The notes beneath the pieces were generated by a model. The model saw only the letters and a list, made by a program, of their open reading frames with translations, was not told where the DNA came from and searched no databases. DNA of 64,000 bases, from positions 620,001 through 684,000 of the forward strand of contig NW_025766559.1 in NCBI RefSeq assembly GCF_003918875.1. The letters are read 5' to 3'. This DNA is from Haliotis rubra (lineage: Eukaryota). A program made the translations under genes and the position numbers. Within the stretch, counting starts at the first letter, position 1. Each line of letters starts with the position of its first letter. Below, one piece after another: positions 1-11,739 of the stretch.

Positions 1-684
1 TGATGGAATACCTTCCACATAATGTTCAGTGCTGCTGTGCTTGTTTTAAGCAGTATATACAGTATATATCTTATACGGGTTCAGATTCCATATGTCGCTG
101 CAATGCAAGTATTGTATAAAGCATGTCAAATGTACCTGTTACACTCTAGTGGACCAGCGTTGTTTACCTCATTTACCAGGATTTATACACATTCTTTATC
201 CCCAAAGTTTCTTATAGTATTGCAATATCTGCTCAATTGGTATCATGCTTGTATTGTTGCCAAGCATGTTTTTAGCATTGGTTTGGTTTATCTGCTTGAA
301 ATAACATTGCTACTGCCATTTGACAGTTAATGGTTATGAAATTAATTTGTTTTGGAAGTGGCAAAGGTCTTCATCACTATTTAATCCCTATCTGATTAAT
401 GTAGATTTGTCATAGCATCACACATTACTTCTTGCATCTGTTACTGATTACATTTTTAATGCAAATATAGGCTTCAAATTACTGTGTTGGCCATATTGAC
501 AAGGTCATGCGAAAATAATCACTTTGCATATGATTGTTAATTACCTCATGTTTTGAATTGTTTCAGATGATTTGATTCACTTAAGTAACTGTGTTACACA
601 TTCATGCAAAATAAACATTTACTTTGTCTTGGACCTATTTAGGTCAATGACTTTATTAAGCATGCTGAGGCATTACTGTAACTG

Positions 685-839
685 ATCCGTGAAGATCCGG
701 GTTAGAACTGATCTTCAGTAACCCTTGCTTGTCATAAGAGGCGACTAATGAGATCGGGTGGTCAGTCTCGCTGTCTTGGTTGGCACATGTCATTGTATCC
801 CAACTGCGTAGATCAACACTCATGCTGTTGATCACTGGA
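685..839 (+). mobile_element. SINE-like family B, 3'-truncated
   Basis: CCGTGAAGATCCGGGTTAGAA head. Confidence 0.85.
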
Positions 840-1668
840 GGATAAGCAAGAAGCCAACGAAACAAACTTTAATGAAACTGAACAGACAAATCAAATTATT
901 GAAATGATGTGGACATATTTTTTCTGATGTATCCACAAAAAGAAAAGAATAAAGTTTCCCTAAACAATAATTCATTTGAATATGTTTTGGTCTTGATAAA
1001 ACCAAAACAGGTCTTGATAAAACCAAAACAGGAATGGATTTGTAATTTATTGTATTTTTGGATAAAATCAAATGCTTTGAACGATGTGTCAGAGATTTGA
1101 CAGTTGGTAGTTGTTCAGGACTTCTGATTTATATATGGTGGCTTTGTTGTGTTCCAGTACAACCTTCGGGCTTTCCAGTCTTGGAAGGTTCAGAACTAGA
1201 CAGATGGCGGGCAAGGGGAGGAAGCAACTGTGATACGTAAGGAGGGCACAAAGCTCACCCACGGGGAGCAGCCATCAGCATCAGTTGTGTGCTGTTTGTG
1301 GCATTGGTAGAAGGAGATGTTTTCTGTCAGTTCCACGTTTCTCATGTCTGTGATACTTGCTGTTGTAGCTTACTTTGGCAGTAAACTTTTGTCTATGTCA
1401 GAATAATATTTGTATGCTTAGGTAAATATTGGCAATTCATGGATTGGTTTTACATTGTTTTACATTGTTGAAATTATGGTGTGGAATGGACTCTCAAGCA
1501 TAGGCATGTTTTATTTACCACAAATGTATAAACATTTGCACACACAAAAATGTTTTAATGTAAAATTTGTTGTTCGTGATGAGAATATTGATTAATACTT
1601 GGATTGAACAGAGAAACAGTCTTCTAGCATTTTCACATTAATTATAATATTGTTGTGCAAACATCCAT

Positions 1669-1926
1669 CCTATGAAGATCAGGGTTGGAAATACGCTTCA
1701 TCAATCCATGATTGTCACAATAAGGGTGTCGTTTCAGGACACCGACTTTTCGATTTGCCACTTGTCTCAGGACGCCGACCTGCGGTTTCCTTTGAAGCGA
1801 CAAACAGGATCGGATGGTCAGGCTCACTGACCTAGTTGACACTATAATTGCCAAATTTGATGCTCATGTCTGGTCCAGACTTGACTATTTAGTATTCACA
1901 GATCTCTGCCATATGGTTGGAATATT
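1669..1926 (+). mobile_element. SINE-like family B, diverged, with internal insertion
   Basis: Head and body fragments match consensus. Confidence 0.7.
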
Positions 1927-2094
1927 GGGGCAGTGGGGTAGCCTAGTGGTTAAAGTGTTCGCTTGTCGCGCCGAAGACCCGGGTTCGATTCCCACCTGGG
2001 TACAATGTGTGAAGCCCATTTCTGGTGTCCCCAGCCGTGATATTGCTGGAATATTGCTAAAAGCGGCGTAAAACCATACTCTCCCATACTCACC
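1927..2094 (+). mobile_element. tRNA-derived SINE, family A
   Basis: A box TAGCCTAGTGG, B box GGTTCGATTCC, tail GCTGGAATATTGCTAAAAGCGGCGTAAAA. Confidence 0.9.
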
Positions 2095-3417
2095 CAGTTC
2101 TAATCACAAATTGACATAATAACTTTGGATCTCAGTGTTGTCCTGTTGAACTTGTCCAGTCAGTGCTATCTTAACATCTTTTGAGCACCAACACCATGCA
2201 GCTTAGGCCATGTAATGCAATAATTCAAGCTGTAATGTGAAGCTGTGGTGGAACGTATTCCAGTGTTCAATTCCTTGCACATATCAGCAGATGAATCTTG
2301 TTCGGTTCTTGTTGGTACTTATAGGAATTCTTGCTCTCAGGTAGTTAAGGATGATTGGAGTATTTCTGCTCATTATCATTCAAAATAGAATCATGATAAG
2401 TTTTTGCCCATTTTCCTATAATAGCTTCTCAGATGTTCAAAAAGTGTTCAGTTTCAACTGTACATGTATCAGTGCAATTTTCAGATTTGGTTCATGAACA
2501 AATGAGATATTACTCAGGTTGACATATCAACATATCTGTAGTGTCATTGTTAAACTTAAAATAGTTCCTTGTAACAGATTATAAGGTAATATATGTATCC
2601 TTGCCATTATTTCTCAATTTTGACTGATTGATTTCAACTTCATTCTAATTCTCTCTGAACAGAAAAGTGGAACACATTAGTCAATTTTGTTTGTTGATGC
2701 TTCAACTTTTAAAGGTTACTTAAACTTGTTAGAGCCAGCTGAAATGTAATGTCAGTTTTTAAAGCACATCTTTTTATGTATTCAGAGCCTGTAGGCCATC
2801 CTCCAGTAATCCTGTAGGCCATCCTCCAGTAATCCTGTAATGGCTGTTACTAAGTTAGGAGGCGTTAGAAGCAGAATGTTTCATCAGTGTAATTGGAGCA
2901 CTCTGTATTCCAGTATTTTTCATCATGTATGTACACAAGGATGTAGACACCAGCATACTGTTATTCCCATGTGCCATATATCAAGCATTATTGAGAAGTC
3001 CCAGATACTTGTTGTTGTGTATGTCAAGTCTCCACATAATAATGCATATCAATATTGCTACAGTGAGCTTAATATATAGATACCAGTCTCTATTTATACC
3101 TTAACACAGACTGCTGTTAAATTAGTAATTTGTCTAATTGAGTTATTTTTTCCATTTTCAGTTTGGGTCTAATTAATAATATATATTTTTATATTTTATC
3201 ACTTCTCAGATTGTGAGTGAAAATACGATGAGAATCTAGATGATTTTAGAGTTTCTATCCTTTGTAGTTCTGAGGGGTTTGTGTTTCTTCTCATAGGCAT
3301 GCCAGAAACTTATGGTCTTGGACGATGCCAGAATTTCCCAGATTATGTTTCTTAGTTTGTCAGCAACTACCTATGGTGTTTGTTTTCATCAAAGGGTAAA
3401 TGTCTACGGTCTGCATT

Positions 3418-3575
3418 GCGGTGGGGTAGCTTAGTACTTAAAACGTTCAACCATCATGCCGAAGACTGGGGTATGATTCCCCACATGGGTACAATGTGTG
3501 AAGCCCATTTCTGGTGTCCCCCACCGTGATATTGCTGGAATATTGCTAAAAGAAGCGTAAAACCATACTCACTCA
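3418..3575 (+). mobile_element. SINE family A
   Basis: Matches consensus; TSD GTCTAYGGTCTGCA. Confidence 0.88.
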
Positions 3576-4100
3576 GTCTATGGTCTGCAGTACATGGAGC
3601 TGATCTTGATACCCCTTATGTAGTCAGGAATGAGCAATCAGTCACAGATCATATGACCTTAAGGAGATTAATGAGAATCCTTTGGAAATGGAATTTTAGT
3701 ATCTTTGAACATTTTGTATCAAAACATTTGAATTTGAAGATTACCAGAGTTGCATGTTGATGCTGTGCTCACCTCCAAATTTCTCTTCAAGTCATTTTTA
3801 TTTGTTTAATATGTGAAGTCACTTTAATATGTGAAGTTTCCAAGGACCTGGTAAAAGATAAAGAGATGCTTCAAGATTAGCACCATAGGTCCATCATTCA
3901 TGTTCATCGCTTTGACTCCCTCAAGAAGTGCAATGTATATTAGTTATGTTTCTTTATGCTCCTTTACCATGTTGTTGTACAGTTGCAGGTAACACTTGCT
4001 GGTAATGGATGCAAATTTTAAACTGTCTTATCTGCTGTGATGCAATGCTAAATTTGCCGAATAAAGATATTACTGTCCCAGATGTTTGTTATTATGTGAG

Positions 4101-4241
4101 AGGGGTTATTGTGTTCGCTTGTCATACCAAAGGCCTGGGTTTGATTCCCTACATGGGTACAATGTGTGATGCCCATCTCTGGTGTTCCCAGCCGTGATAT
4201 TGAAGGACTTTTGCAAAAAGCGTCGTGAAACTGAACTCACT
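4101..4241 (+). mobile_element. SINE family A, CpG-decayed
   Basis: Matches consensus. Confidence 0.8.
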
Positions 4242-4476
4242 GTTCATATGTGAGAAGTTGCCAGGATGTTCCGATTCTTCCTTCTCTTTGTTGATCTCCA
4301 CGCACTACATGCTTTCAAGAATGACGGACAGGTGTCATCTAAGGTGTCACAATTCTTTGAATTGCAGATTTTCAAGAATTATATTTCTTGGTTTAACCAA
4401 AGAGATGAACATCTAGTACCAGCATGTTATAAAAATGTTTGGATTTCCTCCTTCAACACCTCCACTCCATGATAAT

Positions 4477-4618
4477 ACCCCTGAAGTTCTGGTTTCGAAT
4501 TGGTCTTCAGCAACCCATGATTTGGTTGACACATGTCATTGTATCCCAGTCGCGTAGATTGATGGTCATGCTGTTGATCACTGGATTGTTTGGTCCAGAC
4601 TTGTTTATTTACTGACCA
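4477..4618 (+). mobile_element. SINE-like family B, internally deleted
   Basis: Matches consensus. Confidence 0.75.
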
Positions 4619-4639
4619 TTTTACTCTGATTATGGCTAA

Positions 4640-6340
4640 CGATCATGAAAAAATATCTCCCACTGACATCAGGTCTTAGGTCTGGCAACCGCTAAAGAAG
4701 GTGCTGAGGACATCTCGTAACAAAATCAAGATTATTGTAACTCAAAATCCAGTTTGTCAACATATTCTTGGTATCGAGCATTGCCATCAGCATGGCTTCT
4801 TTCACATAATTTTCGACCCTTGAGGTACCCTATTCCCAAGCTGTGAAGTGAACAAAATGAGTAATGTAAAACACTCATCAGTTTCTTTTGCCACTGAGAA
4901 TGTATCACTAACAGAATATCTATGGTTTCGTACTCTTTTTTTATGTAGAGGCTGTTCCATTGTGTTTGCTGGAAACGAATTTTGTAAGACCTGTTCTGAT
5001 CTGCTACACCACCAGCACCTCAGAAGAAAGCATAGATGCAGTCCACAAACTCAAATCGAGCAAGAGCAGCTTTACTCCATGAGTAGGATTAAGGGCTTCT
5101 CGTTTTTGCTTCTTCACATACACCTATGCAAAAGTTAATCACCACTACCACCCATACTAGTATTTCATTGTGTAGTGTTATCTTTACACCCGCTCTACAC
5201 ATTTTAAACGTAATCATGTGGCAATTTGATGCTATAGACGGCACAAGGCATAGAGGTACTGGCAGTGTTATTTTCCTAAATTAACCCAAAGGCAATGACC
5301 GATGCGTCAATGGCTTCAAAGTGCTGTCAACTTCCATGTCCATAGAGTCATTGTACCCAGTTCCTTATTTATCATAGTGTTCCACCTGACTCAATTCACA
5401 TATAGATATGTTTATGGTAGGCCTAGTGCACCAACAATCGTCAGTAACATGAATAAACATCAGTGCATCAACTGTTGAAGTGTTGAGAGTTCATTTTCGA
5501 AGCGTTACAACGATAGCAAGTCACGAGGGAAAGTGTACATAAGTGTAGAAGTGCTAAAGATGTCCCACAGCGTACATTGGCCCACTGTCATGCAATGTTA
5601 ATTTACCTGGTTTTGATCTGATGTAAAATCATATGAATCGATCTGTTTCTTCCAATACTTGATATTCTCAGATGGCTCTGTCTTTTCAGGAAAACTAGCA
5701 AACGTTCATTAGAAACAGTTCATTTGCCCTGGGTCGCCAGGCACTCTCGTGAGGGTAAACATGCATTCTGAATCATGTAGCCTTTGTAAAGTCGCAGTTC
5801 TCCACGACAAAGCACAATGGTAGAAGTCAATAGCAGATGTATGTATGCCCATAATATATTAAGACCCAACCCAACCTAACCCCCAAATAATGCATATTTA
5901 TCAGTTCATGTCTTGGATGAATAGATCCCTTTCAAATGCAAATGCTGTATTTTGCTGCCTCCAAACTCTCAAGCGTCCATCAGTAACATGAAGAAGGGCT
6001 CGGATTTCTTACAGACCAATGTATTCTTCACCAAGTCCTCAGATTCCAGCGTTACCATGGTACCAAGAAGCCAAATGTAGAGGGCGTTTGATGATCCTTC
6101 TGGGCCCTTCCGGACTTTTCTCGTAGAAATGGCGAAATGGTAACCAGTGGTGCTTCAGAACAGTACTTGTAGCAAAACGTTTGTCGTCGAGTGAGACTCA
6201 ATAGTGTCCTGTCTTCACGATCTGACGTCACCCGGGTCTTTCACAAAGTGGGCGATCCTTCAACTCATTGGTTTCCCTGTAGTTCTGGCCAAACGACTGA
6301 CAACAGTGTAGTGGTAATTCATTTACCGACCAAATGCTTT
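4640..6340 (-). mobile_element. Highly degenerate DNA transposase remnant, possibly Sola-like
   Basis: Minus-strand fragments IDSYDF...GPMY and MEVDS.FEAID with many stops. Confidence 0.3.
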
Positions 6341-6755
6341 AAACGACATACAAGAGTTATGCATACCAAAAATTTGCCCTCTTTGGCTATCGGATAATCG
6401 TCTTAGTACCATAGTGACTGAAAAACAACTGAACATTGTAACTCATGAGGATTAAATACTGACATGTGGCATGAGCACGAACTGCACTTGTGAAAATTCG
6501 TGGGTTTGCTTCTGTGTGGGAGACACTTTCCACAAGCAATGCAAGAACATATTTATCATACTTATCGTCATAAACAAGCTGAACTTGAACATAGTTCTGT
6601 TAGTGGTCAACATATTTAGGGGTGCTTGTCTTATTTCAAGGTGTATATAGACCACAAATGGTGGGACAGAATAACTCATTTCGTTTAATCCTCCAATTTG
6701 TTATAAGTGTGTTCGCAATAGCGTAGTTTACTGCATAACAGATTCAATAAAATTA

Positions 6756-6970
6756 TCAACCAAAGTGAACCCATTCAGGATCGGGTACCTTGCTGTCGGT
6801 GGTCTCAATGTTGTTGAGAAGCTCACACGTGTTGTCCGAAGACCGGAAGTTAGCAGCTGCGCATGTGCGATGTACTCCGCAGGCGGCAATACAGTGGAGA
6901 CGGGGAATGTTCGACATGACCTCCTTGTTAGCGTCTAGTCTCTGACCCCGAACTGTTATCATCGAAGTGC
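6756..6970 (-). pseudogene. PAN/apple domain terminal exon
   Basis: ATAG acceptor, phase 1; HCIAACGVHRTCAAANF..NTCELL is the PAN Cys pattern; TGA stop. Confidence 0.75.
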
Positions 6971-7442
6971 CTATACACATGGAAAAATAAGCATTCAAAT
7001 TTTGTTATTTTCATGGAATAAATTTATCTTTTGTGAGAGTGACACTATAATTAATTTCGTGTCAAGGTACTTCTTATTATGCTTTCATTCATATACAAGC
7101 TCCAAAACCTGAGTTTTGAGCAAACTTAGATATTCGCGCCCATGAGCGATGTAGTTTAAAATTTGACTTTTCGAAAATGTACTATTAATTTTTGCTTCTT
7201 TAGCATATATCTATGACAATAGCATATGAATTTTTGTCAGATCCTTTGGCATAAACAGACCACAGTAAGGAGATTTTCTGGGTTTCCAGATTTTAATTTT
7301 GACGTGTTGTTTCCAAAATCACCGTCAAATAATTTGACACTCTGAGTAAAGATTGTTCCAGGAACGTAGTGTCTATACATTGTTTGTAGATGTGCGTGTG
7401 TCTGTATATTCCTTCTCGAGCCAACTACATGCAGTACACATA

Positions 7443-7723
7443 CGTGAAGATGCGGGTTAGAATTGATCTTCAGTGACCCGTGAAGATCCGGGTTAGAATT
7501 GATCTTCAGTGACCCATGCTTGTCGTAAGAAGCGACTAACGGGGCCGGGTGGTCAGGCTCGCTGACTTGTTTGACACATGCCATCGGTTCCCAGTTGCGT
7601 AGATCGATGCTCATGCTGTTGATCACTGGATTGTCTGGTCCGGACTCGATTATTTACAGATCGCCGCCATAGAAATGAAATATTGCTGAATGGGGCGTTA
7701 AACAACAAATCAACCAACCAACC
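7443..7723 (+). mobile_element. SINE-like family B with duplicated head
   Basis: Full body and (AACC)n tail; lies in a lectin intron. Confidence 0.9.
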
Positions 7724-7816
7724 ATCTTAGCAGCCATCGACCGACATCCTCAGGAAACTAAACCTGCGCACTACACAAACTCCACGGACATCACCTACCA
7801 CTGCATGACGGAACAC

Positions 7817-7949
7817 CGTAAATCTCAATCTCGCAGAAATTGAGGACGTCGTCGCCATTGTCAATGACCTTGGTGATTTTGACGATTCCAGTGAAGCCTT
7901 ATGAATCAGTGGACGTGAGTCTTCAAACATGGTTTACTTCTACCGTCGT
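7817..7949 (-). pseudogene. F-type lectin domain, exon 3, degenerate
   Basis: Ends VKITKVIDNGDDVLNFCEIEIYG, the C-terminal strand of the domain. The acceptor reads TTCTAA rather than TTCTAG; the middle has a stop and a deletion. Confidence 0.7.
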
Positions 7950-8135
7950 TTAGAAATAATTCCAACGAAGTAAACAAATTGATATATCTTTTGTACTTCG
8001 GTTTGAATTTTTTTGTCAAAGTATTTTCAACAGTTCAGTGATCACACAGCTGACTTTTAGTTCACGAACTTTCTTAGTCACATATTTTCACTCACTCACT
8101 CACTCACTCACTCACTTAATCACTCACTCACTCAC

Positions 8136-8359
8136 TTCGAGACTCCCTATTCACGATGAGAATACTGTCGAAGATGTGGCCTGGAGGTCGACCTGCCAGA
8201 AAGGGGAATAGTCCCCATGCTCAATATGCACACAACTCTGGTCGTGATCTTTGTTATTCCGGTTCCCATCAACACCCCTATGTGGTCCATAGATCTCGAA
8301 CAGATCCAGATAGACAGTGCTCTGTTTCCCAGGTTTGCCAAGAGCTACGTTGACATCAG
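8136..8359 (-). pseudogene. F-type lectin (fucolectin-like) domain, exon 2, frameshifted
   Basis: TTTTCAG acceptor; DVNVALGKPGKQST...GVDGN...SCVH...PFWQVDL is the F-type lectin signature. Frameshift at ~8170-8174, then DSILIVNRESR and an A|GTGAGT donor. Confidence 0.85.
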
Positions 8360-8757
8360 CTGAAAACAGACTGTACATTTTGAAATAGAAGAAAGAAAAT
8401 ATGAATCACCGAAGATGTTTTTTCAAACGTCGGTTCCAATATTTGAGCACTTTTGAAAATAATCACTCGAGGTTTGCTTCATTTAGTCCATACACTACTA
8501 AGTTGAATAAAGCATTCAGGTATTTTTGTCTTTGTTATATTTCTTTAGACTAAACATAAATGAACGGACGCAAGATAATACTTAAACAATCTCTGGATTG
8601 ATCTCCAAGGTATATTGAATATGCTTCAAGTTTATTGTAATGTTAAAAATACTGTATGTCTATCATTTTCTAAAATTTGAAATACCCGCAGTTCATGATC
8701 GCCAGTATGTATCAGAGAGAGTTTGGGAGACATACGATTTCAATTCACAGCTGATTG

Positions 8758-8967
8758 ATCCAAGTTATATTTAATGAAAGACCACCATTTGCAACTCGGA
8801 TGATATAACACGTTGCTCACGACATCAACTACCGGCACAGAATCGATTGTTTGAAGCTATTCATCCAAACTATATTCAGTGAAGGACCACCAATAGTAAC
8901 GAACTCAGATGGCGTTACACGTTGCTCACGATATCAACCACTGGCACAGATTCGATTATTTTTAGCT
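8758..8967. repeat. Two diverged ~105-bp direct repeats in lectin intron 1
   Basis: GACCACCA...ACACGTTGCTCACGA..TCAAC..GGCACAGA.TCGATT occurs twice. Confidence 0.75.
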
Positions 8968-9015
8968 GCCCTGTTATCTCTTTAATAGTGCTTAGCCCTA
9001 AATAACAAACCATAC

Positions 9016-9070
9016 TTTCTGCAACGCCAAGAAGAAATACAAGAAGGATAGGAGTGAACGTCACACCCAT
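9016..9070 (-). pseudogene. F-type lectin/PAN gene, exon 1 (signal peptide)
   Basis: Minus strand reads ATG MGVTFTPILLVFLLGVAE, then A|GTATGG donor. Phase 1 matches the next exon. Confidence 0.75.
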
Positions 9071-9090
9071 AGTTCAGCTGTCATGCGTGC

Positions 9091-10661
9091 GTGTGAGAAA
9101 AATCACTGTAGTTTCAGCATCAGAAGGGTGACTCAAGTCGTTACATTGAATTTCCGGAGTGAGAACAATCACTGTAGTTTCAGCAATCAGTAGTATGACT
9201 CAAGTCGTTACATTGAATTCCCGGAGTGAGAACAATCAGTGTAGTTTGAATTCAGCAATCAGCAATGCAGTATGACTCAAGTCGTTACATTGAATTCCCG
9301 GAGTGAGAACAATCACTGTAGTTTCAGCAATCAGTAGTATGACTCAAGTCGTTACATTGAATTCCCGGAGTGAGAACAATCACTGTAGTTTCAGCAATCA
9401 GTAGTATGACTCAAGTCGTTACATTGAATTCCCGGAGTGAGAACAATCACTGTAGTTTCAGCAATCAGACTAAGTACATTGACTCAATCAGTCGTTACAT
9501 TGAATTCCCGTTACATTGAATGAGAACAATCACTGTAGTTTCAGCAATCAGTAGTATGACTCAAGTCGTTACATTGAATTCCCGGAGTGAGAACAATCAC
9601 TGTAGTTTCAGCAATCAGTAGTATGACTCAAGTCGTTACATTGAATTCCCGGAGGAGAACAATCACTGTAGTTTCAGCAATCAGTAGTATGACTCAAGTC
9701 GTTACATTGAATTCCCGGAGGAGAACAATCACTGACTAGTCGTTACATTGCAATCAGTAGAACAATCATGTACTTTCAGCAATCGTAGTATGACTCAAGT
9801 CGTTACATTGAATTCCGGAGGAGAACAATCACTGTAGTTTCAGCAATCAGTAGTATGACTCAAGTCGTTACATTGAATTCCCGGAGTGAGAACAATCACT
9901 GTAGTTTCAGCAATCAGTAGTATGACTCAAGTCGTTACATTGAATTCCCGGAGTGAGAACAATCACTGTAGTTTCAGCAATCAGTAGTATGACTCAAGTC
10001 GTTACATTGAATTCGTTAGAACAATCACTGTAGTTTCAGCCATCAGTAGTATGACTCAAGTCGTTACATTGAATCCCGGAGTGAGAACAATCACTGTAGT
10101 TTCAGCCATCAGAAGTATGACTCAAGTCGTTACATTGAGAAGAACAATCACTGTAGTTTCAGCAATCAGTAGTATGACTCAAGTCGTTACATTGAATTCC
10201 CGGAGTGAGAACAATCACTGTAGTTTCAGCAATCAGTAGTATGACTCAAGTCGTTACATTGAATTCCCGGAGTGAGAACAATCACTGTAGTTTCAGCAAT
10301 CAGTAGTATGACTCAAGTCGTTACATTGAATTCCCGGAGTGAGAACAATCACTGTAGTTTCAGCAATCAGTAGTATGACTCAAGTCGTTACATTGAATTC
10401 CCGGAGTGAGAACAATCACTGTAGTTTCAGCAATCAGTAGTAGTAGTGACTCAAGTCGTTACATTGAATTCCCGGAGGAGAACAATCAGTGTAGTTTCAG
10501 CCATCAGTAGTATGACTCAAGTCGTTACATTGAATTCCCGGAGTGAGAACAATCACTGTAGTTTCAGCAATCAGTAGTGTGACTCAGGTCGTTACATTGA
10601 ATTCCCGGAGAGAGAACAATCACTGTAGTTTCAGCACCAGAAGGGTGACCCAAGTCGTTAC
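9091..10661. repeat. 67-bp tandem array, ~23 copies
   Basis: Unit GAGTGAGAACAATCACTGTAGTTTCAGCAATCAGTAGTATGACTCAAGTCGTTACATTGAATTCCCG; period checked 9301->9368. Confidence 0.97.
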
Positions 10662-10807
10662 GTCTTTAATCATTTATCGTGGCATTGTTGTTATTGATTT
10701 TTGAGAATTGCAGGTTTTCTTTGTCCATACAAATGATTCTACGCTACAAGCATGTGTTGTCTCATGATTCAAACAGTGAATGCTGAGACAACAAATACTT
10801 CTAGAGT

Positions 10808-11710
10808 AGAAACTAATCGGATACTTGTGATGTTAGCAGGATATGGACGTTCTCGAAACTAATCAGATACTTGTGATACGGTCTCGAAACTAATCAGATA
10901 CTTGTGATAGGTTCTCGAAATTAATCAGATACTTGTGATACGTTCTCGAAACTAATTAGATACTTGTGATACGTTCTCGAAATTAATCAGAGTACTTGGT
11001 CTTGTGATGTTAACAGGATATGGACGATCTCGAAAATAATCAGATACTTGTGATGTTAGCTGGATATGCACGTTTACGAAACTAATCAGATACTTGTGAT
11101 ACGTTCTCGAAAATAATAAGATACTTGTGATACGTTCTCGAAATTAATCAGATACTTGTGATACGTTCTCGAAACTAATCAGATACTTGTGATACGTTCT
11201 CGAAATTAATCAGATACTTGTGATACGTTCTCGAAATTAATCAGATACTAGGTCTTGTGACGTTAACAGGATATGGACGATCTCGAAAATAATCAGATAC
11301 TTGTGGTGTTAGCAGGATATGAACGTTTACGAAATTGATCAGAAACTTGTAATACGTTCACGAAATTAGTCACATACTAGGTCTTGTGATGTTACCTGGA
11401 TATGCACATTTATTATACTTAGCAGACGCTTATGATGTTAACGTGAAATGAACGTTTATTATGCTAATCAAACGCTTGTGATTTCAACACGATATGCACA
11501 TTCACAATACTGATTAGACAGGCATAAAATGCAGCACAGTATATCACTCACAAACACGTTCACGGAACAAATCAGATACCAGTAATGCTAACACGATATG
11601 CACGTTCACGATATTCATCAAATACATGTGTTGTTAATAGGATATGCACGTTCACGGTACTAATTAGATAGCAATAATATCAGGAAATCCACCATCACGA
11701 TACTAATTTG
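10808..11710. repeat. 31-bp minisatellite grading into diverged ~45-bp units
   Basis: Unit GTTCTCGAAACTAATCAGATACTTGTGATAC; period 10942->10973. Confidence 0.9.
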
Positions 11711-11739
11711 ATACCCGTGCACTATTTCACCAATTGCGC

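Noticed and set aside
7237-7626. Recurring ORFs MINSMSIDLRNW... (also 656, 42827, 47240, 62971)
   Set aside because: Antisense translations of SINE family B.
9091-10661. CRISPR-like array
   Set aside because: Head-to-tail identical units without unique spacers; eukaryotic context and no cas genes.
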